From the NCBI GenBank assembly GCA_963693365.1, contig CAVNZM010000002.1, positions 10,596,328 through 10,660,327 on the forward strand: a DNA stretch of 64,000 nucleotides. The letters are read 5' to 3'. The stretch is from Amoebidium appalachense. Lineage: Eukaryota > Protista > Ichthyosporea. This document shows positions 12,923 through 24,045 of this stretch, one piece after another. The stretch's first letter is position 1. Each line of letters opens with the position of its first letter. Both the position numbers and the translations under genes were made by a program. A model generated the notes under the pieces. It saw nothing but the letters and a program-made list of their open reading frames with translations. It made no database searches and was not told the DNA's origin.

Positions 12923-14383
12923 TCACTCGCCCCCCCTTCCCCCCCTCCCCCCCCCGTCTCTCACTATCCCCCCCTCCCCCTCCTTCTCTTCTTCAAACAA
13001 AATATAAGCAGCACGAGAGAGAGCATCACAGTCGACCATTGTTTCACCCTTGGCATAAAACAATTTATAGGAGAACTCACCGAGAGCCGCGGCCCACTTC
13101 TGCATCCTCTCGTTGACCAGACGAGTGGTGCCGGCCATGGCTAGGCAGGGCTTGTGGTCGGTGTAGACCTCAAACGTCCTGCCTGCGAGTATATACCTCC
13201 ATGCCTGTGAGACTGCCCAAAAGATAGCATGGGACTCTCTCTCCGGATTGCTATATCTACGTTCACTTTTACTAAATGAACGACTAGCATAAGCAATCAC
13301 TCTATCCTGCCCCTCCTGCACTTGATATAACACGGCCCCCTCAGCAACCTTACTTGCATCGCACCGAACTTTAAACATCCCCCCCCCGGCCGAAAAATCA
13401 GGATGAACAAGCATACTCGAAGACTGCAAAGCTAACTTAAGCTTTTCGAAAGCAGAAACAGCATCAACATTCCAATCTATTCTATTCTTCTTCTCCCCCC
13501 CCGTCTGACTAGTTAACGGCAAAGCAAGCATACTATAGTCCTTAATATAACGACGAAGATAATTAGTTAAACCTAAAAATTGCCTTAGTTGAGTGACAGT
13601 CTGAGGACGGGGCCACTCAACTATGGCCCGGATTTTCTCCGGATCAGGGGAAAGACCATTACTAGACACAATATGACCTAAAAACTTAACCTCCGGCACA
13701 CCAATCACAGTCTTGCTACCGCTAATACGAAGACCAGACTCACCCAAAGCTAAAAATACTTTTTCACAATTATTAACTAACTCCTCAAATGACCTACCTT
13801 TAATTAAAACATCATCCAAATAAGGGTGGCATACATCCAAATGAGGGTGGAGAATTTTATACATTACCCGGCACAACATAGCTGGAGAGGAGAGCAAACC
13901 CATCGGCACCACCTTGTACTGGAACAGCTGGTCACCCAGTGCAAAGGCAGTCTTCTCCTTGCTGCTCTCCTCCAACCTTATCTGCCAAAAAGCTGCTTTT
14001 AAATCAAGTTTAGCAAAGTGAGTATAGCCGTGCAGCTGTGAAAGCTGCTCGTCTATGTTAGGGAGAGGCCATTGGTCTGCCTTAGTGATCCGATTCAGAG
14101 CCCTGTAATCGTTCACTAGGCGCCAAGACCCGTCGGGCTTCTTAACCAATAGCACCGGACTTCTCCACGGACTCGAACTATGCTCCACATGACCCTTTTT
14201 TAACATATCACTCACTATTATTAGCGCATCCGACAATTTATACTGCTCCATTCTATAGCTAGGCATCACTACCGGCCTATTATCACCTGTGTCGATCTGC
14301 ATTTCAAACCCTTTAACGAAGCCTACTTCGTTATCATCGGCCAGAAATGCAAACCGAGTCCTATCAAATAACTTAGCTAGCAA
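12923..14383 (-). CDS. pol: F1 reverse transcriptase-RNase H
   Basis: SPVLLVKKPDGSWRLVNDYRALN, LDLKAAFWQ, PMGL, YLDD, FLGH, CDAS, TDHK, DALSR. Confidence 0.97.
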   Translation of the reverse strand: MLAKLFDRTRFAFLADDNEVGFVKGFEMQIDTGDNRPVVMPSYRMEQYKLSDALIIVSDMLKKGHVEHSSSPWRSPVLLVKKPDGSWRLVNDYRALNRITKADQWPLPNIDEQLSQLHGYTHFAKLDLKAAFWQIRLEESSKEKTAFALGDQLFQYKVVPMGLLSSPAMLCRVMYKILHPHLDVCHPYLDDVLIKGRSFEELVNNCEKVFLALGESGLRISGSKTVIGVPEVKFLGHIVSSNGLSPDPEKIRAIVEWPRPQTVTQLRQFLGLTNYLRRYIKDYSMLALPLTSQTGGEKKNRIDWNVDAVSAFEKLKLALQSSSMLVHPDFSAGGGMFKVRCDASKVAEGAVLYQVQEGQDRVIAYASRSFSKSERRYSNPERESHAIFWAVSQAWRYILAGRTFEVYTDHKPCLAMAGTTRLVNERMQKWAAALGEFSYKLFYAKGETMVDCDALSRAAYILFEEEKEGEGGIVRDGGGRGGRGGE

Positions 14384-14491
14384 TTTTTTTCTGTTCTACC
14401 GTCCAATCCCCCTCCTTCATACCAAACGGCAATACTAACTCCGGGTTACCCCCATCACAAGTGGATGCATCCTTATTCACCGGAGTGCCAC

Positions 14492-16132
14492 TTAACATTT
14501 CACCTCCTGTATTACATCGGTGCTGCTCGGGGTGAGGTTGAGGTACCTCCGGATATAGGCGGTCACCCTTAGCACCCCCCCTCCCCCCGGCACACCAATG
14601 CCCCCGGGCAATTCCTGATGAGTTAGTGCATGTATGTGGGGGGCCAGGTCTGTGGCCACCCTGCCCCCCACGGTGTTGGTTAACCCGTCAGATCCACGGG
14701 TTAGACCAACACCCTCCCCCCTTGCCTGCACATTCTCACACCCGGGGTGACCCTCCTTCCTCTTGGGGGTCGGGGGAGTGGGACCGGTGCTGTCCCGGTC
14801 CCCCCCCCCATCGTGTCGGGTGACATTTTGGTGGCTAACGTTAAATAAAGTTGTTCCCCCTCCTCCTGAGTCACCCTTCGAGCCGGCATCCTCCTTTTGG
14901 GTAATAAGAGAGACCTCTATACTACCAATCTCATTAGTGAAACTACCGACGGAAACACCTGACCTAATCACTATAGGCTCGATGCCCGGATTCACTAATT
15001 CTATTTCTATTGTCTTATCCGGCCATACCCTACTAAGGGTCCATTGGGCCACCTCCTGAAATGGGGTTTTCGGAGTAAAAACCCCTAAATCCCCTATCCT
15101 AACATGATTGCCGGCCCGGACACGTACCGTTTGGCACTGATAAGGCTCGATTACTACTTCAGCTACCGTTCTAGCACCAGACTGATAACCGTCGAGCCCA
15201 TCATGGGTTTTAATTTTAACGCCGGACTGCAATTCCAAAACATTCGTACGTTCAAACAAAGCATTCACATGTCTACGGAAAAATGGGGCTCCCAACAAAA
15301 CACTTTGAGCTAAATCCTTAACCACATAACAAGCAATATGCATAGCCTGGCCACCTATCTCACACGGCAACACACAAACACCTTCCACAGACATACTACT
15401 ATTATTAGCACTACCTAAGGCTGTGCTAGAAGCATCTAATATAGGAATTTCCCCCCCGGCCTGATTAAAACGACGAATAAACGAAGCATGCACACAATTA
15501 ACCTGAGCCCCTCCATCGAGCAAAGCAACAGCCTTCAACTTACCATCAGCTAACCATACGTCTATATAATGCCGGCTAAAACCAACTAAATCCTCCTCCA
15601 ATTCAAGCAACACATCATCACTCACTCCCAATCCCTGCCCACGAAGACTCACACCCTCGATACCTACGTGCAACATACCTACCTGTGGTGCCTGCACGGG
15701 TGGGGTGGGGTGTGTATGTGATGTGGGTGGTGGTGGAGTGTGTGTGTGTGATGTGTGGGTGGGTGGTGTGTGTGTGTGTGGTGTATGTGTGGGTGTGTGT
15801 GTGGGTGTAGGTGTGTCTGCAACCGTCGTATGTTGTTGTGGTGGTGTGTTTCTATGTGTCTGTGCCTTCCCCCCCCTTCCCCCTTTACTCGTGTGTGTCC
15901 CCCCCCCTCCCGGAAACAATGGCACAGAAACCCCCTCCGGTGTGGTTAGAACAAACACCGGGTTGGGACAAGAAACACTGAGACCATCCACTTGTGGCTG
16001 GGGAACCTCCCCCAACCACAAAACATTCACACCATTCATACCTTTGGTAGAGTCACCCCACAAACATTCATGCCATACCACCTCGACGCTGTCTTGAGGA
16101 TGAGGACCCACGACGATGCCCGGCTCCCACAC
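14492..16132 (-). CDS. F1 aspartic protease region of pol
   Basis: ALLDGGAQVNCV, LGSANNSSM and VLLGAPFF retropepsin-like motifs. Confidence 0.8.
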   Translation of the reverse strand: MWEPGIVVGPHPQDSVEVVWHECLWGDSTKGMNGVNVLWLGEVPQPQVDGLSVSCPNPVFVLTTPEGVSVPLFPGGGGTHTSKGGRGGKAQTHRNTPPQQHTTVADTPTPTHTPTHTPHTHTPPTHTSHTHTPPPPTSHTHPTPPVQAPQVGMLHVGIEGVSLRGQGLGVSDDVLLELEEDLVGFSRHYIDVWLADGKLKAVALLDGGAQVNCVHASFIRRFNQAGGEIPILDASSTALGSANNSSMSVEGVCVLPCEIGGQAMHIACYVVKDLAQSVLLGAPFFRRHVNALFERTNVLELQSGVKIKTHDGLDGYQSGARTVAEVVIEPYQCQTVRVRAGNHVRIGDLGVFTPKTPFQEVAQWTLSRVWPDKTIEIELVNPGIEPIVIRSGVSVGSFTNEIGSIEVSLITQKEDAGSKGDSGGGGTTLFNVSHQNVTRHDGGGDRDSTGPTPPTPKRKEGHPGCENVQARGEGVGLTRGSDGLTNTVGGRVATDLAPHIHALTHQELPGGIGVPGGGGVLRVTAYIRRYLNLTPSSTDVIQEVKC

Positions 16133-16266
16133 GTATCGGGGCGGTGAGGGGGCAAAGGGAAGCTTAACCTGGGGTGGGGGAGGGTGAAGGTTCTCTGCAA
16201 CCTGGGGGGGACCGATACTGTCCCCCCCCCTCCCTCAGTGACCCCAGCTTCCCCCTCCCCCGGAAC

Positions 16267-17602
16267 TCAATAGCTCTTGTAACTACGGCAATATGCAGCA
16301 GAGTGCCCTTGCCGGCCACAAAAGTAACATGCACCAAAGAAGGGGCCAGGGGGGACTTCAAAACCTTGGCGCAAAGCATAACCGGGAGCCCGGTCATGCT
16401 GGGGGGGCCCACCGTGTGCACCACGGCCCCCCCTTCCCCCCTGCCCCCCTCGGCCTCTCTCACCACCATTTCCACCCCCTCCCTCTACCCTGCCCACCAC
16501 CACGAGCAAGATAAGGGGCAAACCTCTCGGTGAACTGCTGCTGTTGTCCTCCACGTCCACCTCGGCCACGACCGCCGTGTCCACCCCGGTCGCCGCCACG
16601 GCCACCTCGGAAGCCGAAGCCCCCTCGGCCAGAAAAGACGGCCTGGGAGAGCTCGGCAACCTGCTTGACCAACATGGTGAGTGCATCTGGCTGTTCACCC
16701 TCTTTTTTCTCTTTTTCCCCCTTCTGTCCACTCTCCTTCTTTTTCTTGTCTACTTCCATCACCTCCTTTTTATCCCGCTTATTGAACTTCACCTCGTGCA
16801 TGGCAAGCAAGTGACGTTTAACATGCAACACCACCTCATCTACATCATCATGCTCCCCAAACATGCGTGCAGTGTCTGTGTTTACAGAGAGAGCCTTACG
16901 AGCAAACTCGAATTTTTCCCTATCACTCACGTCACCAGCTAACTCACAAAGGTCCTCAAAGACCCGATATTCCCTCTCAAAGAATGCACGAGCTTCTACG
17001 GGGGACATATCTAGTGTGGGAAAGGTATACTTCCATTCTCTGAGCTGGGCCCGGAAGGTACGGCGCCGGTCGGCCGTCAGGTATCGGCCGACGAGCCGGG
17101 CCGTATACTCGAGCTCGTTTTCCGGCCGTGTGAAGGCCTCGAGCTCCCCGTCCACGTCGTCGGTGCTGTTCTCGTCCTCGTCGTCGGGGATGAACCGTGC
17201 GGCCAGACGTTTCTGGCCGAGTGTCCGGGACACCATCTCGTCCCTCCCCTCGTCGTACTGCTGCTCGTATATACGAGCCGTCACCTGGGGGGCCTGCTCG
17301 GCCCGGTACGGGTGCTCCTCCATCAGGGTGCATAAGTCGGCCATTGTTTTGTGGTCGATGCACTGTTTGATCATTAAGCACGAGGCCGCCACAGTGGGGG
17401 CCTTCTTTGTGTCTAACACTAGTGTGGGTGTGTTAGCTAGGAGTGTCCTAAGCCACCTAGGGATTTCCGAGTCGTGTTTGAGTGTAAAACTGAAAGCTGT
17501 GGTCTGTCTAACGTCTAGTGTATGAACCTGTGGTACCTGTGTGTGCAGGGAGCTATCCTCCGCTGCCAATGCGTAGAACATGTCTACGTTAAACTTAGCC
17601 AT
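16267..17602 (-). CDS. gag: F1 Gag with RGG-rich region and CCHC knuckle (one homopolymer frameshift near 16470)
   Basis: CYFCGRQGHSAAYC at the C-terminus. The same ORF is intact in the copy at 31250-32590. Confidence 0.9.
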
Positions 17603-17640
17603 TGTGTGGTGTGTGCCCTAACTCGTGTGGTTGTGTTTAT

Positions 17641-17680
<40 letters not shown>

Positions 17681-18753
17681 TGTGTTTGAGGTGTAGCAAC
17701 AGCCCAGAAGGAACTGTCACCGCGTTACCCTAGCGCGAAAAACCGCACTAAAAGAAAGGTGTAGCTTGTCGTATCCTAATGTATGTGTACTAGAGACGCG
17801 GCACTCTACTAAGTGTACACACACGAAAAGGAACGAACGTGTACAGAAAAACGGTAAAGTTTATTAAGACCAGGCTCCGACGGGCAAACTTAGATCCGTA
17901 CGGATTGAGTCTAAGTTACGACTGAGGCCATCAAGGCCGTGCCCTACAAGATCATCATCACCTGGCCCCCTACGATGCCACATTCCATTAACATTCCGAT
18001 CTACTTTTATCGTGCGCCTGCACGAGCTAAGTCGATCTACTCAACTAATATATTTATCCAAGTCTCACCCCTCACCCTCCCCCTAGTGGCACCGCAGAGT
18101 CTAAATCTACATTTCATACTATCCTCCCCCCCCTCCCTCCCCCCTTTCCTCTACATCTAAATATATAAATACGTTTGGCAACATATACTATCAAACCTTG
18201 CCAATCCTTACAAAAGGGCTTCTGCCCGAACAATGACATTCCTAAGTCCTCCTACGATCTATCCTACACACTAATTAGAATTCTATTGGACGGCTGTCCC
18301 GGCTGACGTGGTCCAATGCCCTGCGCCGGCAGAGGCAAGATGCACGCAGCTGTACAGCTATCTTGAGGCCCCGGACTTGATCTTGATGATCTGTGGACCC
18401 GGGCCACCCCCCCCCCCCCCCCCCCCGGATCTCGATCGTAGACTTAGGCTAATCTGCTGAGACGGATTAGTATATGTCATTGTGCCTGGACGCACGACAG
18501 CAAGAACCAAAACAACCTGCCACCCCCACGCACACCAACCACACACACACACACACACCACACACACACAACAACCCACACCCCCCCTCCCTCCAACCCC
18601 GCAAGACCAGGGGGGGGGGGGGATCCGCAAGAAGCCCGCCAGAACATAGCATAAAAGGGGGGAAAAAAAAAGATTGCGGATTCATTTTCCTCCTTTGTCT
18701 TTTACTTCTTCTTACTTAGTAGTCGCTTGTACAATAGTGAAAGCTACACCCCC

Positions 18754-21319
18754 TAAGGTTGCTGAGGGGCCGTGTTATATCAAGTGCAGGAGGGGCAGGA
18801 CAGAGTGATTGCTTATGCTAGTCGTTCATTTAGTAAAAGTGAACGTAGATATAGCAATCCGGAGAGAGAGTCCCATGCTATCTTTTGGGCAGTCTCACAG
18901 GCATGGAGGTATATACTCGCAGGCAGGACGTTTGAGGTCTACACCGACCACAAGCCCTGCCTAGCCATGGCCGGCACCACTCGTCTGGTCAACGAGAGGA
19001 TGCAGAAGTGGGCCGCGGCTCTCGGTGAGTTCTCCTATAAATTGTTTTATGCCAAGGGTGAAACAATGGTTGACTGTGATGCTCTCTCTCGTGCTGCTTA
19101 TATTTTGTTTGAAGAAGAGAAGGAGGGGGAGGGGGGGCTAGTGAGAGACGGGGGGGGGGAGGGGGGGGAAGGGGGGGGAGAGTGAGCAGAAAGGAATAGA
19201 GGCGGTGTCTGTTGATGTGTCTTCTTGGGCTCCGGGGTTGCTTGCTTATAAGTGTAGGGGAGGGGGGGGGAGGTATTTGTCAGTGTCTGAGGTCGGGACC
19301 GAGTCTCATGGCTCGGCCCCTGCCTTAGCACCTACGGCTTTGATCTTAGCTCAGGAGGAAGATATGTTGATTGGTCTGGTTAAGAATTATTTAAAGGGGC
19401 CGGCTGATTCGATTAAATTTAAAAATAAAAGGCAGATGATTAAGGTAGCTAAGTTAGCAAAAATGTGTCAGGTAGAGCAGGATTTTGTTTATCATTGTTC
19501 TGGGCCAGACGGACACCGAGTTTGGGTCCCGACGGCACTTGTGCCTGAGGTTTTGCATATGGTGCATGAGCATCCCATGGCTGGTCATTTAGGTGTAAAT
19601 AGGACGTTGCTTCGTGTTAATCGTTCGTATTTTTGGCCGGGTATGAGTAGGGAGGTGAGGGATTATGTGTTGTCATGCATGCATTGTCAGGAAAGGAATG
19701 AGAGTCCCCACTCTCGTTCCCGCCCGTCGTTTATTAGGGATTTTAATGTTCGTATGTTTGAAAGGGTAGCAGTGGATGTGGTCGGTCCTCTAAATTCTAC
19801 GGTTGAGGGTAACACTGTTCTTGTTACCGTCACCGATGTGGCCACTCGTTGGGTTGAAGTTTTTCCTCTCCCCACTGCTAATGCCGTTTTGTTTGCTCGT
19901 ATTTTTGTGGACGAAATTTGTCTTAGGTTTGGTTGTCCTCGTGTTTTGTTAACGGATAGGAGTCGTGTGTTTTTAAATCAGTTGGTGTCGGAGGTGTGTA
20001 AAATTTTAAGGGTAGCCCATATCACTACGTCTGCATATCACCCTCAAGCAAATGCCATCTCTGAACGTGTGCATGCAGTGTTTCAGAAGTCCTTTGGCAA
20101 AATGGTGGATGTGGAGGCTAATGATTGGGATCATATGTCTAGGTTTATTGCTCATTCATATAATTCTACCCCTCATGCTGTGACTGGTTTTTCTCCGTTT
20201 TATTTGGTCTATGGGCAGGAGGCTATTAGTTTGTTAGATACGGCACTTTTGCCGATGGGGGGGGCTGACCGACTAACTTATCCCCACTGGACTGAGTTCC
20301 GGGAGCAGCTACTAACCCGGGCCCGGGCTGCACGTGATGCAGCTCTGGCCCGTACACAGCAGGCACAGACACGTGCAGACGTGTCCACACGCCCGTTACG
20401 TGAATTTGCCGAGGGTACTTTAGTTTTAATTAGGGATCATACTAGGAAAAAGAGATATAAGCAGGAGCAGGAAGGTAAGGGTGAAGGTGAAGGTCTTCGT
20501 AAGTATGGTAAGAAATGGTTGCCTCTTTTCATTGGCCCGTATAAAATAGTGGCTAGGTTAGGTCCGACGGAATATAAGGTGCAGAGGTTAGATAATGAGA
20601 GTGATGTTAGATTTTATAATGTAGATGATATAAAGGAATATTATGATAGGGCCCTTAGGGTTAAACGGCCGGAGGGCCGTCGAGTGTTAGATGCATTCAC
20701 CCCCGACTATGACGGGTCGGTGGATGTATCGGAGGCTGCAGTAGATAAAATTATGGACAAAAAGGTTATCGAAGGTAAGGAAGGTAAGGTAAATTATTAT
20801 TTAATTCGTTTTGAGGGAGGTTATCAGGAAGATCAGTGGTTGCCTGAGTTTCATTTGGATTGCCCGTTTTCTATTCGTGCTTATGAGGCTAGATTAGTGC
20901 AGAGGGAGTTGCCTAGTGCTCCCTCTAGGCCGAAGAGAGTTATTCCTCAGTTTAATCGTGGTGTGAAAAAGTCGGTGGGGGAGGGGGCCGGGGGGGGAGT
21001 GATGCAAATACACGTAGACACACGGGGGGGGGGGGGGGGGGGGAGGAGACCGAGGAGGAGTGTGAACGTAGTCGTAGGAATTTAATTTATTATCATAGGT
21101 GTCTCCGTAGGTATCAAGCTTATGGTGTAGATTAATTTATTATTTTTCTTCGTAATTTATTTAATTTAATTTTTTTAGGAGACTGATTAGTCTATGTCTT
21201 TTTAGGGGGGTGTTAGATGTAATGTGACTGAGGTGGGACTCAGCTTTTCCGGGGGCCGGGGGGGGAGTTGACATATACTAATCCGTCTCAGCAGATTAGC
21301 CGAAGTCTACGATCGAGAT

Positions 21320-21351
<32 letters not shown>

Positions 21352-21952
21352 GGCCCGGGTCCACAGATCATCAAGATCAAGTCCGGGGCCTCAAGATAGC
21401 TGTGCAGCTGCGAGCATCATCTTGCCTCTGCCGGCGCAGGGCAGGACCACGTCAGCTGGGACAGCCGACCAATAGAATTCTAATTAGTGTGTAGGATAGA
21501 TCGTAGGAGGACTTAGGAATGTGATTGTTCGGGCAGAAGCCCTTTTGTAAATATTGGCAAGTTCTGATAGTGTATGCTGCCAAACGTATTTATATATTTC
21601 GATGACAGAGGAAAGGGGGGAGGGAGGGGGGAGGGAGATAGTATGAAATGTAGAATTAGACTCTGCGGTGCCACTAGGGGAAGGGAGAGGGGGTGAGACT
21701 TAGATAAATATATTAGTGTGAGCCGATCGACTTAGCTCGTGCAGGCACACGATAAAGTTAGATCGGAATGTACGGAATGTGGCATCGTAGGGGGCCAGGT
21801 GACTTAGACTCATTTCGTACGGATCTAAGTTTTGCCCGTCGGAGCCTAGTCTGAATAAACTTTACCGTTTTTCTGTACACGTTCGTTCCTTTTCGTGTGT
21901 GTACACTTAGTAGAGTGCCGCGTCTCTAGTACACATATAATAGGATACGACA
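18754..21952 (+). mobile_element. F1 3' half (RNase H end, integrase-chromodomain 19205-21085, PPT, 3' LTR 21269-21952)
   Basis: Near-identical inverted copy of 10119-13353. Fused upstream to an unrelated LTR-like end and PBS at 18480-18753. Confidence 0.93.
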
Positions 21953-22007
21953 ACGGGCTTGGTGTGCTCAGTCCCGATCCCCTCATCAGTCGAGTCATTT
22001 TACATTG

Positions 22008-22020
22008 CCACACACACACA

Positions 22021-22094
<74 letters not shown>

Positions 22095-22103
22095 CATATC
22101 CCA

Positions 22104-22172
<69 letters not shown>

Positions 22173-22192
22173 CATATAAATATATTTAACAC
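22008..22192. repeat. (CA)n/(TA)n compound microsatellite within an intron
   Basis: Read directly from the sequence. Confidence 0.9.
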
Positions 22193-22219
22193 GGTATATA
22201 TATGTATTATATACACATA

Positions 22220-22990
22220 CCACGTGGCTTCCTCCAGTTCCCATCAGCAATGACATCGACTGGGCAGTGTGTACCCGGGTGCGCCGTAGGGTGTGCCGAG
22301 CCATGGCCCTTGCAGGCGCAGTTGTTGCGCACAAGTTCCAAAACACGCTGCTGCTCGGCCTTCATTATCACCATAAAAGAAGCCCATATCAACTTGGTAA
22401 TAAGATCCCATGTTTTTTTTCCGATGGGCTGTTGGCCGGTAATAATTTATTACAGTCGATGGTCTCCCCAATTGCCACCTGCAAATAGGTGGTATGAGTA
22501 TTTGGTATTGCACGTTCCCCTTTTCCACCTTTATTACGCATAATGTAATGTACATGTTATTGCTATGATTGTGAAAGTGTGTATTTTTTCTTCGCGATGA
22601 GGTGGGGGTGGGTATGTATGTATGTATATATACATATGTTTTTTTTTTATTCTATCAAGAACATGGTGGAAGCTCGGAGGGAGGGAGAGAGGAGGAGGAG
22701 GAGGAGGAGGGGGGGGGGGGGGGGGGGGTAGCGACCTGTGTAAATATTTGCCAGCGCCAAACGACGATTGATGTCCAGACTACCGTCTTCCAAACGAACA
22801 GTAGTATCCCAAACCGTGATATGTGGGCACGCGCACTGAAAATAAAACTGACGTTGCCGCGAATCAAAACCCGTGTGGTGGTATTTAGTATTGCACTCTG
22901 CGCATAACATATTGCTGACATAGCCTACAAAGGTGTCTACATGTTGGAGAATATACATCGGCCGCGGTGATTTACCAACATGCCCAGTGT
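22220..22990 (-). pseudogene. Probable CxC5/KDZ (Kyakuja-Dileera-Zisupton-type) transposase exons
   Basis: Translations LCAECNTKYHHTGFDSRQRQFYF..PHITV..RLE (CxC5-like) and [22 protein letters not shown] (DGN motif), flanked by GT-AG introns. Both ends are cut by F1 sequence. Confidence 0.5.
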
Positions 22991-22991
22991 G

Positions 22992-23396
22992 CCTTCTTGG
23001 GCTCCGGGGTTGCTTGCTTATAAGTGTCGAGCAGGGGGCGGGGAGGTATTTGGTCGGTGTCTGAGGTCGGGACCGAGTTTCATGGCTCGGCCCCTGCCTT
23101 AGCACCTACGGCTTTGATCTTAGCTCAGGAAGAAGATGTGTTGATTGGTCTGGTTAAGAATCATTTAAAGGGGTCGGTTGATTCGATTAAATTTAAAAAT
23201 AAAAGGCAGATGATTAAGGTAGCTAAGTTTGCAAAAATGTGTCAGGTAGAGCAGGATTTAGTTTATCATTGTTCTGGGCCAGAGAGACACCGAGTTTGGG
23301 TCCCGACGGCACTTGTGCCCGAGGTTTTGCATATGGTGCATGAGCATCCCATGGCTGGTCATTTAGGTGTAAATAGGACTTTGCTTCGTGTTAACC
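22992..23396 (+). mobile_element. F1 integrase N-terminal fragment
   Basis: Matches ~19220-19620 (ORF 23024-23401). Confidence 0.9.
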
Positions 23397-23662
23397 TGTA
23401 GAAGTAGCCTATATCTGGCTGACCATTATAACGATGAATTGGTCACTGGCCACGCATCGAGACTGTACACGTGCATGCTATACATTCTAGGTGGTATCGT
23501 TTGCATGCCCGAAAAACACAAATACACACCAATTTATTTAAACGATATGCATCATTCAAGAATGTGTATGTACTATTATTGAATCACATGATGCCAAAAC
23601 ACGTGCACAACACTTTGGATTACACAGCAAAGCCAAAAAACGGCGAAAACTACTCTGTGTAG
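23397..23662 (+). mobile_element. Diverged 3' fragment of the same LINE family as 675-3039
   Basis: Shares colinear blocks with 2680-2950: ctgtagaa, actgtacacgtg, ggtgg(c/t)atcgtttgcatgccc, tttaaacg, gaaaa(t/c)tac. Confidence 0.6.
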
Positions 23663-24045
23663 ACGCAAATCAAGCTACAGCCTGGACTGCTGTCTAGCTC
23701 GAAGTGCTAGTGCAAAGGCCGTGTGGGCCTTTTTACAGCAGCTTAGACGCAGATTTACTGTGCCGTCATGACGGGAGAACGTTGATTGGCTTCTGGGCCC
23801 AGCCCATGCCAACTCACCGTTTAGTGCCCTCCTCTGTGCCAGTACAGATGGAAACGCACTGCATATTCACAGTGTACAAACAAACAACGGTACCGAACAT
23901 ACTATGCTACTACCTAATACTACTACAATCAGCTAGGCTTTGTCATTGGGCCGTTGTGTCTCTGGGTACATGTGCTACTCACTTTCCATACTTGTGCAAA
24001 GTAATAACACAAAGTTTGTCTGCCATCCTCCCGGGGATGAGTTTC

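Larger units (their letters stand above)
10119..18479 (-). mobile_element. Full-length Ty3/Gypsy chromovirus, family F1 copy 1
   Basis: Near-identical TG..CA LTRs at 10119-10837 and 17767-18479. PPT at 10838-10855. Order gag-PR-RT-RH-IN-chromodomain. Imperfect TSD ttgtt/ttgtg. Confidence 0.97.

Noticed and set aside
12900-12985. Programmed frameshift between RNase H and integrase
   Set aside because: The break lies in G homopolymers whose lengths and resulting frames differ among four copies. Slippage or sequencing error is the simpler explanation.
14615-14622. Hammerhead ribozyme core CTGATGAG
   Set aside because: No suitably placed GAAA or flanking stems.
17767-18479. Tf1-like self-priming site in the LTR
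   Set aside because: No good complement to the PBS was found by eye in F1 (best GAAATGTAGAT) or F2 (best GCGTGTAGCC). TSS mapping is needed to exclude it fully.
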